Positions 1 to 9,141 of a DNA stretch of 64,000 bases are shown piece after piece. Both the position numbers and the translations under genes were made by a program. Where the stretch lies: positions 32,001 to 96,000 of IMG/VR virus record IMGVR_UViG_3300045988_142974. One strand, written 5' to 3'. The stretch is from a virus. Every line of letters begins with the position of its first letter. The first letter of the stretch is position 1. The notes beneath the pieces are model-generated. The model worked only from the letters and a program-made list of their open reading frames with translations, did not search any database and was not told the origin of the DNA.

Positions 1-248
1 AATCTATCCCATTCGCCTAAAGGTTCATACTCTTTTGTTTCTTCATTCCACTCCCAATTTATATTCCCATTTTTATCGAACAATTCAGATTCAAGTTCTT
101 TTTCATTTAATGCGAATAATAAACATGGATTTGACAATAAAGCATTCTTGATTTTTTGCTTATATACAATGTTATCATCATCAGGAGTAGTTCTATATGC
201 ACGAAGTTTATTTAACAAATCATTTTTTGTAATTAATTTTTCTGCCAT
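1..248 (-). CDS. hypothetical protein, N-terminal part (gene runs off the window start)
   Basis: ATG at 246-248 on the minus strand with AGGAGGTG 6 nt upstream. The frame is open to position 1 (MAEKLITKNDLLNKLRAYR...). It continues the structural operon. Confidence 0.55.
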   Translation of the reverse strand, partial: MAEKLITKNDLLNKLRAYRTTPDDDNIVYKQKIKNALLSNPCLLFALNEKELESELFDKNGNINWEWNEETKEYEPLGEWDR

Positions 249-258
249 AAAACACCTC

Positions 259-933
259 CTATTCAGTTAATTCTAACGACAAAATTTCAGATTCAATCGG
301 CAAGTTATCCTTAACAATTTCACACTTAACAGACAATATTTTGCCGATAACAGAAGTATCATTAGGAAACTTTACTTTCTTTTGGTTGTACTCTGTACCA
401 GCTCGCCATGTAACTTTATCAGTCCAATCTTTATTATCAATAGAGCAAGTCCATGTATATGTTGCGTCAGCATACTCAGTTGTAATATCTTCATTGGAAT
501 CGCTAAATAGATTTACTGTAAGATTTTTATAAGAGCCACCAACTTTGATCGTTGAAGTAGATGCTAAAATTCTTGCTGTGATAGAAGATGGTGGAGTGGT
601 TGGGGTAGTCGGATCTGTTGGGGCGATTTCTGAATCGAAATAATTCGCATACATTTCGCCTGTTTCAAGATTGACATAATCGGTATGCTCATTAAAGAAA
701 CCACTATAAATAGTTAATTTCTGTATCCCGAATGGCTGAACATTTTCACATTTTGTCACAGTCCACGCTGATGGGTGATCAGATAATGTACTTACCAATA
801 ATCGCATGTTCTTGGAGTCCTCAGATGTGTACCAAAATTTACTGGTAATATCATTCATCGGCAACCAAATTTTATCCTGATTATCGACATGCGTTATGTA
901 TCGGTCAGTGTAAGTACCAATCGTATCAATATG
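259..933 (-). CDS. virion structural protein, 3' exon (PT-rich linker plus beta-rich Ig-like C-terminal domain; tail/neck role guessed from position)
   Basis: The frame of ORF 259..864 stays open upstream to 933 with no credible start (the track start is TTG). It contains TDPTTPTTPPS followed by a beta-rich domain of about 100 aa. It pairs with 2275..2880 across a LAGLIDADG-containing insert. Confidence 0.55.
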   Translation of the reverse strand, partial: HIDTIGTYTDRYITHVDNQDKIWLPMNDITSKFWYTSEDSKNMRLLVSTLSDHPSAWTVTKCENVQPFGIQKLTIYSGFFNEHTDYVNLETGEMYANYFDSEIAPTDPTTPTTPPSSITARILASTSTIKVGGSYKNLTVNLFSDSNEDITTEYADATYTWTCSIDNKDWTDKVTWRAGTEYNQKKVKFPNDTSVIGKILSVKCEIVKDNLPIESEILSLELTE

Positions 934-2300
934 TTACTTTATTGGTTCGTTAGTCCAATAAAGATAAAATTATAAATTTATGCTACAGTATATTCTATGT
1001 ATCTATCATATTTTCTTTGAAGATACAAATCTGCATCTTTATACATCAAATTCATAAGTTTAACGGCAGAAGTGCCACTTAAACTCGCAACTTTTGTTAT
1101 TCCATTATGACAAGATGCATCATATATACCACAGTAAATACCAAGTTCTTTTTCAACTATTTCTTTAACTCTTTTACAAAATTTTTCAGTAGAAGTAATT
1201 GTTAATGTAATATGTTTATTATTTTCATTTTTTATATAACGATAAACACTGCCGTCACCGTCATAATAACCACGCAAGAAGTGAGAATATAATTCTTCTG
1301 ATATATCGGGAAATTCTAAAACAAGACTTTTATTTCTTACAGCACCTAACTTCTCTAAAGAGCTACATAAATGTCTACTATTCATATTTAATGTACACAT
1401 ATTATTATATGAATAATTCTTTTCGCTTTTTCGATTAGATTGGTCTATTATTTTCAAAGGGTTATTACTTTCAATTTCTTTGTTTATATCTTCTAATAAT
1501 TTCCTATCGCTTTCTTGCAAAGAAATACAAACAGTTCCTTTTGGTGGAAAATTACAGCCATCCGCAAAAAATAAACCTAATACATATGCCTTATTTGGGG
1601 TGTCGATATGGTCAAAATATTCTTCATTTAAATGATATTTTCTTTGACCATTATTAACACGTTTAATTCCAAACTCATCTAAGATATGACAAATCTTATT
1701 ATAATTACATCCCATAATTTCACCTATCTTAGTTGTCGATAATTTATCTTCTACATATAATCTAGCAATTTCTTCTTTTTGTTCTTTTGTAAAAACTATT
1801 TCATTATAATTTGGTATTCCGTTTTTCATTGCTTATTCCTCCTAAAAATTGCAATATAAAAAGACGGTAATCTACTTATTAGGAGTAAGTAGAAGTGGTT
1901 TGCAACCCACTGTCCCGTCTAATTAACTATTCTCTGTTTATAATTTTATTTTCTCTATGTCTCCATAGAAGTTCAGAGCACATCAACGCCATATCCATAA
2001 TGGACTTAGGCGGTTTCCATTAACCCACTTGGGTACATGCTCGTTGAGCGTTGTCCTGTTCGGACTTTCGCTGCTGATTATTACTTGTCAACAACACTTA
2101 GCACATCAATATGATGCTTTTATTTCAGCATATGTCATCCAATTACTTTTTTCTGTCTTTCGACCACATTCACGCCTAACTATATTTCATGTTTACGTTG
2201 TAGTGTAATTGGCTTTGTAAACTTCCAGCATAAGGAAACTTTCGACACGCTGTTTCCAGTATGAAGCGCATAATCTACGATGATTGCATTCTTAACACAG
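934..2300 (-). mobile_element. putative group I intron carrying a LAGLIDADG homing endonuclease ORF (boundaries approximate)
   Basis: An ORF-free, GC-richer, hairpin-rich segment of about 450 nt (1830-2275), then the HEG ORF, then a tail of at most 45 nt. Together these split one reading frame into a half without a stop context and a half without a start. Confidence 0.55.
978..1829 (-). CDS. LAGLIDADG homing endonuclease with N-terminal HTH
   Basis: Two LAGLIDADG motifs (YVLGLFFADGCNF and FLRGYYDGDGSVY). N-terminal HTH-like LSTTKIGEIMGCNYNKICHIL. AGGAGG 8 nt before the ATG at 1829. Confidence 0.85.
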   Translation of the reverse strand: MKNGIPNYNEIVFTKEQKEEIARLYVEDKLSTTKIGEIMGCNYNKICHILDEFGIKRVNNGQRKYHLNEEYFDHIDTPNKAYVLGLFFADGCNFPPKGTVCISLQESDRKLLEDINKEIESNNPLKIIDQSNRKSEKNYSYNNMCTLNMNSRHLCSSLEKLGAVRNKSLVLEFPDISEELYSHFLRGYYDGDGSVYRYIKNENNKHITLTITSTEKFCKRVKEIVEKELGIYCGIYDASCHNGITKVASLSGTSAVKLMNLMYKDADLYLQRKYDRYIEYTVA

Positions 2301-2880
2301 ACCACATACGTCTTTTAATTCTTTGAGTTCCATTTTTCTCAACCCACATTAATTCATAATTTGCCGGCAAGACAAGATATTTTGGAAACTGATTTGCATT
2401 TTCTTTTCTACAGATTAACCATTTATGATAAACACCTCTATCGTCAGGAATATCACACCACATCCCGATCGGAAATTCGCTATTATAACGAGCATGAATT
2501 TTCTCGAAATAAAACAAGTTATCACCATCTTCAAATGACAATTTCTGACTTGGTTTAAATTGGATATAATGTTCTACTTCATCTTTGTCCATTGACTGAT
2601 AAGATTTGATAATAAACTTTGCATCAATCTTTGTCTTGTTGGTATTTTCATAAGTCATACCTTCAGCAAGTGAACGTGTAATTCCATGTTCATCTGTGAA
2701 GAAGTCATCGTGAAAATGGTCGTAAATAAAACACTGTTTACTCTGAATATCCCCGTCCCACGTAAGATTCATAAGCATATCTGAATCAGATTTTAGCTTT
2801 TCCCCCAATGTAGGATAGCTCTTTCCAGTAGAACAAGTGTTGACTTTCATTTTTCTTTGATAAAAATCATATACAGACAT
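2275..2880 (-). CDS. virion structural protein, 5' exon (ORF reads into the intron before stopping at 2275)
   Basis: The ATG at 2880 overlaps the TAA of the upstream gene (TAATG coupling). The 201-aa ORF is followed by non-coding structured sequence. The position after the head-tail genes suggests a tail/neck protein. Confidence 0.6.
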   Translation of the reverse strand: MSVYDFYQRKMKVNTCSTGKSYPTLGEKLKSDSDMLMNLTWDGDIQSKQCFIYDHFHDDFFTDEHGITRSLAEGMTYENTNKTKIDAKFIIKSYQSMDKDEVEHYIQFKPSQKLSFEDGDNLFYFEKIHARYNSEFPIGMWCDIPDDRGVYHKWLICRKENANQFPKYLVLPANYELMWVEKNGTQRIKRRMWSVLRMQSS

Positions 2881-3248
2881 TACTCATCACCAACTTTCAT
2901 CCTCTGAAGCAAAGCTCCTGCATCAAATACAAGTTTTTTATATTGATTGAAATTAAAGTTATCTGACTGTAATACAGATAATGCACATTCAAGACTGTTA
3001 ATAATTTCTACAAAATCCTTTGGATAGAGTAGTAACTTATTACAATTAGAAATTTCAAATAATAGATTTTTATGATATTTTACAACATCTATATTTTTAA
3101 AATCTTCTTTGGTGTTTTTATCTGTATACAAAACAAGCCAAAATATTTTTTTTCGTAATTTCTGCTTATAGTAGTCAATTTGAGAAATTTTAAATTCTCC
3201 ATATTTATGTGGAACTAAATTATCCATTAGATCCACCATACTCACCAA
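2880..3248 (-). CDS. hypothetical protein (head-tail connector region by position)
   Basis: 122-aa ORF overlapping its neighbours at both ends within the late operon. The start is ambiguous (TTG 3248, GTG 3245 or ATG 3239). Confidence 0.6.
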   Translation of the reverse strand: MVSMVDLMDNLVPHKYGEFKISQIDYYKQKLRKKIFWLVLYTDKNTKEDFKNIDVVKYHKNLLFEISNCNKLLLYPKDFVEIINSLECALSVLQSDNFNFNQYKKLVFDAGALLQRMKVGDE

Positions 3249-3678
3249 AATAATAAGTGTGACGAGACAACTCTAGCTCCCATTCACGCTTTAACTGTGT
3301 GAGCCTTTCCATATTTTTTGAATAATTATCTATAAGCTTTCTTTCTTCCTTGCCACCAATCATGGTTGCTAAATTCTTTGTATTCTCTAATTTTGATGGG
3401 AAATAATTAATTATAATTCCTTTTGCTAAAATGGTTTTAACAAATTCAGAATCATAGAAATCGTCTACGCTGTTTAATAGTGTAAATTTTACATCTTCTG
3501 AAACATCATCAAAAGAATACGAAGTGAATTTCTTCCTGAGAAGTGGAGTAGAAGAGGTTGTATGCAACCATTCACGAAGAGTGTCATAAAAATCTTCCTC
3601 TGTATAAGTTGCAAATTCAAGGTCATTAATCATTGTTAATGCTCTTTTGTATATATCTTCGTATTTAAGAGAAGGCAT
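3220..3678 (-). CDS. hypothetical protein (head-tail adaptor candidate by position)
   Basis: ATG at 3678 with AGGAGG 7 nt upstream. 152 aa, lying between the capsid gene and the tail/neck gene. Confidence 0.65.
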   Translation of the reverse strand: MPSLKYEDIYKRALTMINDLEFATYTEEDFYDTLREWLHTTSSTPLLRKKFTSYSFDDVSEDVKFTLLNSVDDFYDSEFVKTILAKGIIINYFPSKLENTKNLATMIGGKEERKLIDNYSKNMERLTQLKREWELELSRHTYYFGEYGGSNG

Positions 3679-3689
3679 AAGCTACCTCC

Positions 3690-4364
3690 TTAAATGAATT
3701 CTTTAATACAAGTTCCTAACATATCATCAATAATTCTGATTTTCTTAATAGACGGATAATTCTCAGCACGAATCATAGTCATTGCTGTTACCTTTACAAT
3801 TTCACCAAGCCATTCTGGTGCTGATTTAATCATATCTTCAAACTCATCATCATCCATATCAAAATATTCTTCTGGATAATCAATTGATTTAAAATATTTA
3901 TATCTATCACCAAGTTCTCGTTTCCATTGTTCTACAAGATCTTCATCCATGATAATAAAACTAGGTTTTGTTACATATTCAGTTCTTCTAAGTGCCTGTA
4001 AATCACGATATTTAATATATTCAATATCCCCAAAATATTCCCAATGATATACAGTGTTTTTATCTACTCCAACAGCAGTTAATTTCCACGGAGTAACACT
4101 TTTACATGGAATCTCATCATTAGGGTTAAATGTTTTATGTATTTTTACAGGCTGTGATTTTGCAGACTCATTTTCTGATGTTACTACAACTTTGTCATCC
4201 GTAGTTGTGTTGTTAGCTTTTACAAAATTATTGTTTGTAAAATCAATAGCATCATCATCAAGTTTCTGCATATGACTAGATACTTTATATCCATTTTCTC
4301 TTAAAAAAGAAATTAATTCTTTTGGAGTAATATCTAGTTCTTTTGCTAATTCATATACTTTCAT
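3690..4364 (-). CDS. protein with IF2-N/Rho-N-like N-terminal helical domain
   Basis: MKVYELAKELDITPKELISFLRENGYKV resembles the IF2 N-terminal motif. AGGAGA 6 nt before the ATG at 4364. It is the first gene after the capsid terminator. Confidence 0.65.
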   Translation of the reverse strand: MKVYELAKELDITPKELISFLRENGYKVSSHMQKLDDDAIDFTNNNFVKANNTTTDDKVVVTSENESAKSQPVKIHKTFNPNDEIPCKSVTPWKLTAVGVDKNTVYHWEYFGDIEYIKYRDLQALRRTEYVTKPSFIIMDEDLVEQWKRELGDRYKYFKSIDYPEEYFDMDDDEFEDMIKSAPEWLGEIVKVTAMTMIRAENYPSIKKIRIIDDMLGTCIKEFI

Positions 4365-4380
4365 CCATTTTCTCCTTTAA

Positions 4381-4411
4381 AAATAGGAGAGTAGAATATT
4401 TTCCACTCTCC
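4381..4411 (-). terminator. intrinsic terminator after the capsid gene
   Basis: The minus strand reads GGAGAGTGG-aaaatattc-TACTCTCC followed by TATTTTT. Confidence 0.7.
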
Positions 4412-4432
4412 ATATTTTATACTAATCTAATA

Positions 4433-5125
4433 TTAGGCAATAATTTTAATCTCTCCGAAGAGTTCATTAATTACGACACCAATACCTTCCTGATATACTA
4501 CCTCTGCATCAACAGTCATATCTTTCTTTAGACCATCCATGCCTGTCTCGTAGTACATAACATCTCCTTCGTTTACTCTCTTAATTGGCTTAAACTCTGG
4601 ATCTACAGGAAGAATGAAAATCTTCTTCTGGTCTTCGGCAGAGAATACATTCTCTCTTGTGCCAGCTTTATTAACACGAGCAAGAGGTAAGCATTCATAA
4701 CCTTCCCAGTTACCAAGAATACCATTCTGGTTTCTCTCGTCTTTCATTGAATCAGAAAACATGTTGTAATTTACAGTACCCTGAAGCTTCTGAATGGCTG
4801 GTCTAGTACCAACAAGAATAACATCCTTACCTGTAACAGCGGCAACTGCTTCAATCTGAGCAATTATAGAATCCTTTGTAGACTCAGAAACTGCTGTCTG
4901 AAGAATCATATCTGTTGGGAGAGAAGCGTCCATTCCCATGAATGCTGTGTAAAGAGCAGCATATCTGTTCTCCTCGATAGACTTATACATCTTATCTACA
5001 AGAGCAGCGAAATCAACTTTACCTGTCTGAAAAAGTACAAAATCTGTGTAAACCTTTACACCGTAGAATGATGTATCAATAGAGAATGCCTTTCCAGGTT
5101 TTACTGAAGCACGTACACTAAATGT
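4433..5125 (-). CDS. major capsid protein, 3' exon (open frame; the real exon probably begins near 5117)
   Basis: The frame of ORF 4433..4990 remains open to 5125 (TFSVRASVKPGKAFSIDTSFYGVKVYTDF...) without a start. Its length and position after the scaffold-like genes fit an MCP C-terminal half. Confidence 0.7.
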   Translation of the reverse strand, partial: TFSVRASVKPGKAFSIDTSFYGVKVYTDFVLFQTGKVDFAALVDKMYKSIEENRYAALYTAFMGMDASLPTDMILQTAVSESTKDSIIAQIEAVAAVTGKDVILVGTRPAIQKLQGTVNYNMFSDSMKDERNQNGILGNWEGYECLPLARVNKAGTRENVFSAEDQKKIFILPVDPEFKPIKRVNEGDVMYYETGMDGLKKDMTVDAEVVYQEGIGVVINELFGEIKIIA

Positions 5126-6273
5126 TTAACTTATTTTATTTTCCTTAATCGTTAATAAATTTCCAATGATAACCATAGCTTGTTTTAAATTCTCCACGAC
5201 ACGCTTTTAAAATACCAGAAGAGTCGTATCCTAATTTATTTTTTACATCGGTTGCATCATCGTATTTAATATTTGTTTCAATACAAAGGATAGGAGTAGT
5301 ATTTCTTCTCCAACTTTTTCTTCCTTTGGAATGTTCACTTATTTTTCTTTTACTTTCTTCGGAATGATGCTTTCCATACATTCCATTATTTTTACCAAGT
5401 ATTTTTTCTTTTATTATTGGATTTGCCCATTGTTCTAGGGCATTAAGACTTCGTGTTTTGCGAAGATTAGAATTGTTATAAGAATTTTTTACTGATATAC
5501 TCATTTTTTCTTTTGTCTCATCAGACATTACTGAACTGCCATTTTGTCCACCAGTTTTGAGATTGTAACCAAAATCACGATCCATCGTATTGTAAAAATC
5601 AATCCAATATTGTTCTCTATTATCAAGATTTTCAATTGAACAATATTCAATAATTTTAAATACAAAATTATTTTCACCATATTTATTCCATGATTTTTGC
5701 AAATAATCATTGTGATGTTTATTCTTATTTAATTCACTAATATGTCTACGCCATCTATCTTTAATATTATTTGATTGTCCAATATATTTTTTATTATTGA
5801 TTTGATTCTCAATATAATAAATACCAGATTTTATATCAGATATAAAAAATCATCTCTTTTCATTTTGTATTTAAGGAAAATAAATTTATAGGGGCGTTAC
5901 TCCCTGTTGAGCTTAAACTCCACATATTCTTATATGTGAACAGACTATATCTTCATCCTTTTAGGATGCACACCATTTCCATTTAAGGGATTTTCACCCA
6001 CTCACTTGAGCCGTACTCCTATTGCTATATTTTTTATAGCCGATGGGATAGTCGTTGAAGTTTTTCCTATTCGGAACTTACCTGCTGATTTTCCATTAAA
6101 AAAGAACAGGGGATTTAACCTCGTTCTCATACAATTAATTTTTTCTACTTTCGTAACCTTCACGATTAGGCTTATTTCATCCTTGCGTTGTGGTTTAATT
6201 GTCTTTAGGACTTTCCAGCAATTAAATGTGTATTTTTTCACACAGTTTTCACTATGCGGACACTGTTTTGCGA
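5118..6273 (-). mobile_element. putative group I intron carrying a GIY-YIG homing endonuclease ORF (boundaries approximate)
   Basis: An ORF-free structured segment of about 400 nt (5854-6270), then the HEG ORF, then about 27 nt, interrupting the capsid frame. A U-ending 5' exon (..GAC AU) and a G-ending insert (..UUUAG) give an in-frame join ...AGNHHDI-VRASVKPG... Confidence 0.6.
5145..5849 (-). CDS. GIY-YIG homing endonuclease (intron-encoded; start codon unresolved)
   Basis: The open frame contains SGIYYIENQINNKKYIGQSNNIKDRWRRH (GIY-YIG), NUMOD3-like repeats (ETKEKMS, EESKRKISEHSKG) and a C-terminal I-TevI-like DNA-binding tail. The motif lies upstream of the first canonical start (TTG at 5702), and an in-frame TGA sits at 5850-5852. 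Confidence 0.8.
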   Translation of the reverse strand, partial: FFISDIKSGIYYIENQINNKKYIGQSNNIKDRWRRHISELNKNKHHNDYLQKSWNKYGENNFVFKIIEYCSIENLDNREQYWIDFYNTMDRDFGYNLKTGGQNGSSVMSDETKEKMSISVKNSYNNSNLRKTRSLNALEQWANPIIKEKILGKNNGMYGKHHSEESKRKISEHSKGRKSWRRNTTPILCIETNIKYDDATDVKNKLGYDSSGILKACRGEFKTSYGYHWKFIND

Positions 6274-6692
6274 ATGTCATGGTGATTTCCTGCGAACTTA
6301 GAAACTGTCAGAAGAGAGTTATCTTCTACGAAGAACTCATTTGCATCTCCTTCAGCAATATTTCTCTCGTCAACATACTCCATGAAACGAGCATTAGCTG
6401 TGTTCCAACCAGAGTTCATCTTGTCAGCAATTACATCCTCGATAAGAGTAGCAATTTCCTTATTGTGATCTCTCCAAGCCTGTCTACGCTTCATGGAATT
6501 AGCCTCTTTGAAGTTAAGACCAAGAATCTTATTAAACTGCTTTCTAAGAATTGTCTGTGTATCCTCTTTAGAATACTTCTCATATACGCTATTGCTTGCG
6601 TCCATCATAAGTGAGTTGAACTCAAGCATGTTGTCATATTTATTGTCGAACTGTGCTAAAACGTTAGCACTGAAACATGTAATATCTTTCAT
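6252..6692 (-). CDS. major capsid protein, 5' exon (ORF reads a few codons into the intron; predicted 5' splice site near 6274)
   Basis: ATG at 6692 preceded by GGAGG. MKDITCFSANVLAQFDNKYDN...SKFAGNHHDI then stops shortly after. It follows the scaffold-like and accessory head genes. Confidence 0.7.
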   Translation of the reverse strand: MKDITCFSANVLAQFDNKYDNMLEFNSLMMDASNSVYEKYSKEDTQTILRKQFNKILGLNFKEANSMKRRQAWRDHNKEIATLIEDVIADKMNSGWNTANARFMEYVDERNIAEGDANEFFVEDNSLLTVSKFAGNHHDIRKTVSA

Positions 6693-6712
6693 CTATTTAA
6701 TCCTCCCTTCTC

Positions 6713-7297
6713 TTACGCAATATCCTTGTTCTGAAGAACCTGAATACGAACAATTGTGTAATATGTACCTACTGAAAGACTGTGAACCTTTCCAACAAAA
6801 CCATTAGTACCCTGAAGAGTAGCAAGTTCAGAAGCCTCAGAAGCTATCCATGCACCCTTACCATCAACAGTTACAAGATTTCCAGCCTTAACTTTTTCTG
6901 CACTATCATCTGTGAACTGGTAAGAAGCAATACCAAAAATATCTGTATGTACAGATGGATCTGCAATCTGATATGTCTTTACTGGCTTACCTGCTGGGTT
7001 TGTGTAGTTATAAGCCTGTCCCTGTTCAGTTGTAAGTGCTGTCTTAACCTCTGCTGGTGCGCCTGTTACAGCAATCTTATCTGTAATCTTTGCGATAGTT
7101 GCATATCTTTCCTCAAGACCATTACCTGTGTAGTCTCCGATCTTTAAAGCAACACCATTGTCTACCGAGATAGGTTTTTCACTTTCGTCTCTTACAAGTG
7201 CATCGTAGATGTTTCCTACGTCTGTTGCTAAAAGCGCTGATGACTCAAATAAACCGTGCATATTTTTTTCACGGCTTGCTAAATTTGTATAAATCAT
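6713..7297 (-). CDS. head-associated protein (decoration or scaffold-like, by position)
   Basis: AGGAGG 7 nt before the ATG at 7297. 194 aa immediately upstream of the capsid gene. No diagnostic motif. Confidence 0.6.
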   Translation of the reverse strand: MIYTNLASREKNMHGLFESSALLATDVGNIYDALVRDESEKPISVDNGVALKIGDYTGNGLEERYATIAKITDKIAVTGAPAEVKTALTTEQGQAYNYTNPAGKPVKTYQIADPSVHTDIFGIASYQFTDDSAEKVKAGNLVTVDGKGAWIASEASELATLQGTNGFVGKVHSLSVGTYYTIVRIQVLQNKDIA

Positions 7298-7329
7298 TTA
7301 AATTTCCTCCTTGTTTAATAATTTTTTGC

Positions 7330-7356
7330 AATAAAAAAGAACGTCTATTGACGCTC
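7330..7356 (-). terminator. intrinsic terminator
   Basis: The minus strand reads GAGCGTC-aata-GACGTTC followed by TTTTTTATT. Confidence 0.6.
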
Positions 7357-7385
7357 CGATTGATTTGTTAATATTCATTTTTTAA

Positions 7386-9086
7386 CTATTTCTTAAGTAA
7401 TCCATCTAAGAATGATGATTCATGCTCAGTTCTAGCAAATGCGAAGAAAGAAGGCTTTGTCTCCTTATGTGATTCCTCTGCATTCATAGAAAATGTCTTT
7501 GTAGTTTTTACTACCTTACCAAGAGCAGCATCTGCTTTCTCAACTAACTCATCCTTTGTGAATTTCTTTACATTTTCAACATCCATGAGTTTCTTGAACT
7601 CATCTGTCTCAAGATACTTGCTATATGCCTGATCTTCAAAAACAGTCATCTTATCTGCGATTTCCTCTGCCTCTTCATATCTAGTAAGCTTTTCAGAAAT
7701 AGAAGAGTAGTTAGCTCTCATATCCTCTAACTCAGCTTTCTCATCAGCAGTTACAAACTCAGCAAACACTTCCTGACGTTCGCCATCAAAAGCAATAGCA
7801 TCATTCTCTTTTGTATAAGCCTGTTTGTAGTAATTTCCACAGCAAGACTCATAAATGAAATAATCATCATATACGGACATAATCCAGTAATACTCATTTA
7901 ATGTCTCCTCGATTGGAGCTAAGAGCTGATATAATGCAGAACGTACATCTTCATGTGATAACTCAAAAATCTTAGAATATGTATCTTTGTCCTTATCATC
8001 ATCTGCGTTATCAGTGTCGTCTGGCTCATCTGTAGTACTATCGTCCGTGTCGTCATCAGTATCATCATCTGACTTATCTGACTCTGTTAAAACTGTGTCA
8101 GGCGTAGGCTCTGATTCACCAAAAGTAGTAGAGAATACTTTTTCAAGATCCTCATCAGATAAACCTTCATACTCGAAAGTAATATCTTCTACAGTTTTAT
8201 TGTATTTTTTCAGTAATTCTTCAAATTTTGTCATGTTAATTTCTGTATTTCCTCCTTTCTCAAATTTTTCAACTGTTGGATTAGTTTTTGAATTTATATT
8301 GAGACTGGATAAAGTTTTATTAAGATTATCCAGAGTTTCAATTAATTTAGAGTGTTCATCTTCTGAAATAGAAGAGAATAAAGAATTGTTTTCTTCAGAA
8401 AAATCAAGTAAATCAACTCTTGCATTTTTCATGCCTTCTTCAACATTGTTTAATGTGACAGAATTTTTTCCTAAAAGAGTTGCACCAGTAATTGTTACAT
8501 CTGTAAGTTCAAGAACATTTGAACTAGCATTATATTGCATTTCATTAATTCCAAGTTCTACACTAATTTTTGTACCACCTTTTCTTTCAATAATAGAAGC
8601 AGCGGCTGTGTAATCACGAGGAATAGCACAATAACCATATAAGAAATTATGACCAGTTTCTTCTTCAACTTCAAGAAATGCATCGTCAGACGTAAAACAA
8701 CCAACTTGTTTTTCTATATAGACAATATTATTATCATCATCTAATTCCATATCATGCGAGGTGAAATCTTTTAATGTTTCACCTGACTGTTCATCAGTAT
8801 ATTCCATAAAATTTGCTAAAACAGGTTTGTAAGCTAAAGTTTTAGAAGCCTTTATTAATGCATTATCGGTAACACTAGAATGATTTCTGTTTTCACCAGA
8901 ATGCATTAACTTAACCTTACAGAATAGAAGAGAATCATCATTATTTTCTTTCATGACTTCAAACTGTGCAGGAACTTGTACTGCTAACTGGTATCCTGTT
9001 CTTTCTGAATTAAAACTATAATTCGCTTTATCTTTGGAGATTAAATTATATAAATCCTCTAATGAATAAATTTTTCTTTTTGACAT
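7386..9086 (-). CDS. putative scaffolding/prohead-core protein with acidic D/T-rich linker
   Basis: A product of about 566 aa lying between the portal and capsid genes. It has a helical, charged C-terminal third and a DDTDDDTDDSTTDEPDDTDNADDDKD tract. ATG 9086 was chosen (the track ORF starts at GTG 9128, which lies inside the SD). Confidence 0.55.
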   Translation of the reverse strand: MSKRKIYSLEDLYNLISKDKANYSFNSERTGYQLAVQVPAQFEVMKENNDDSLLFCKVKLMHSGENRNHSSVTDNALIKASKTLAYKPVLANFMEYTDEQSGETLKDFTSHDMELDDDNNIVYIEKQVGCFTSDDAFLEVEEETGHNFLYGYCAIPRDYTAAASIIERKGGTKISVELGINEMQYNASSNVLELTDVTITGATLLGKNSVTLNNVEEGMKNARVDLLDFSEENNSLFSSISEDEHSKLIETLDNLNKTLSSLNINSKTNPTVEKFEKGGNTEINMTKFEELLKKYNKTVEDITFEYEGLSDEDLEKVFSTTFGESEPTPDTVLTESDKSDDDTDDDTDDSTTDEPDDTDNADDDKDKDTYSKIFELSHEDVRSALYQLLAPIEETLNEYYWIMSVYDDYFIYESCCGNYYKQAYTKENDAIAFDGERQEVFAEFVTADEKAELEDMRANYSSISEKLTRYEEAEEIADKMTVFEDQAYSKYLETDEFKKLMDVENVKKFTKDELVEKADAALGKVVKTTKTFSMNAEESHKETKPSFFAFARTEHESSFLDGLLKK

Positions 9087-9141
9087 TATATCGTTTTTCG
9101 ACCTCCTTTCTAAAATGATAATAACCACTCAAGAAAGTGGC

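Noticed and set aside
7990-8080. An Asp/Thr-rich tract (DDTDDDTDDSTTDEPDDTDNADDDKD) in the scaffold-like protein, considered as a tandem DNA repeat or contingency locus.
   Set aside because: The DNA is not a perfect tandem repeat. The tract reads as an acidic low-complexity linker, which is common in scaffolding proteins.
6006-8613. Long antisense ORFs inside well-supported genes or introns (for example 6006..6614, 6782..7147 and 7987..8613; likewise 44398..44976, 47710..48132, 57137..57481, 57640..57978 and others).
   Set aside because: Each is fully shadowed by an opposite-strand gene with an SD and operon context. They have Ser/Leu/Phe-rich low-complexity translations and no SD. They are typical shadow ORFs in AT-rich DNA.
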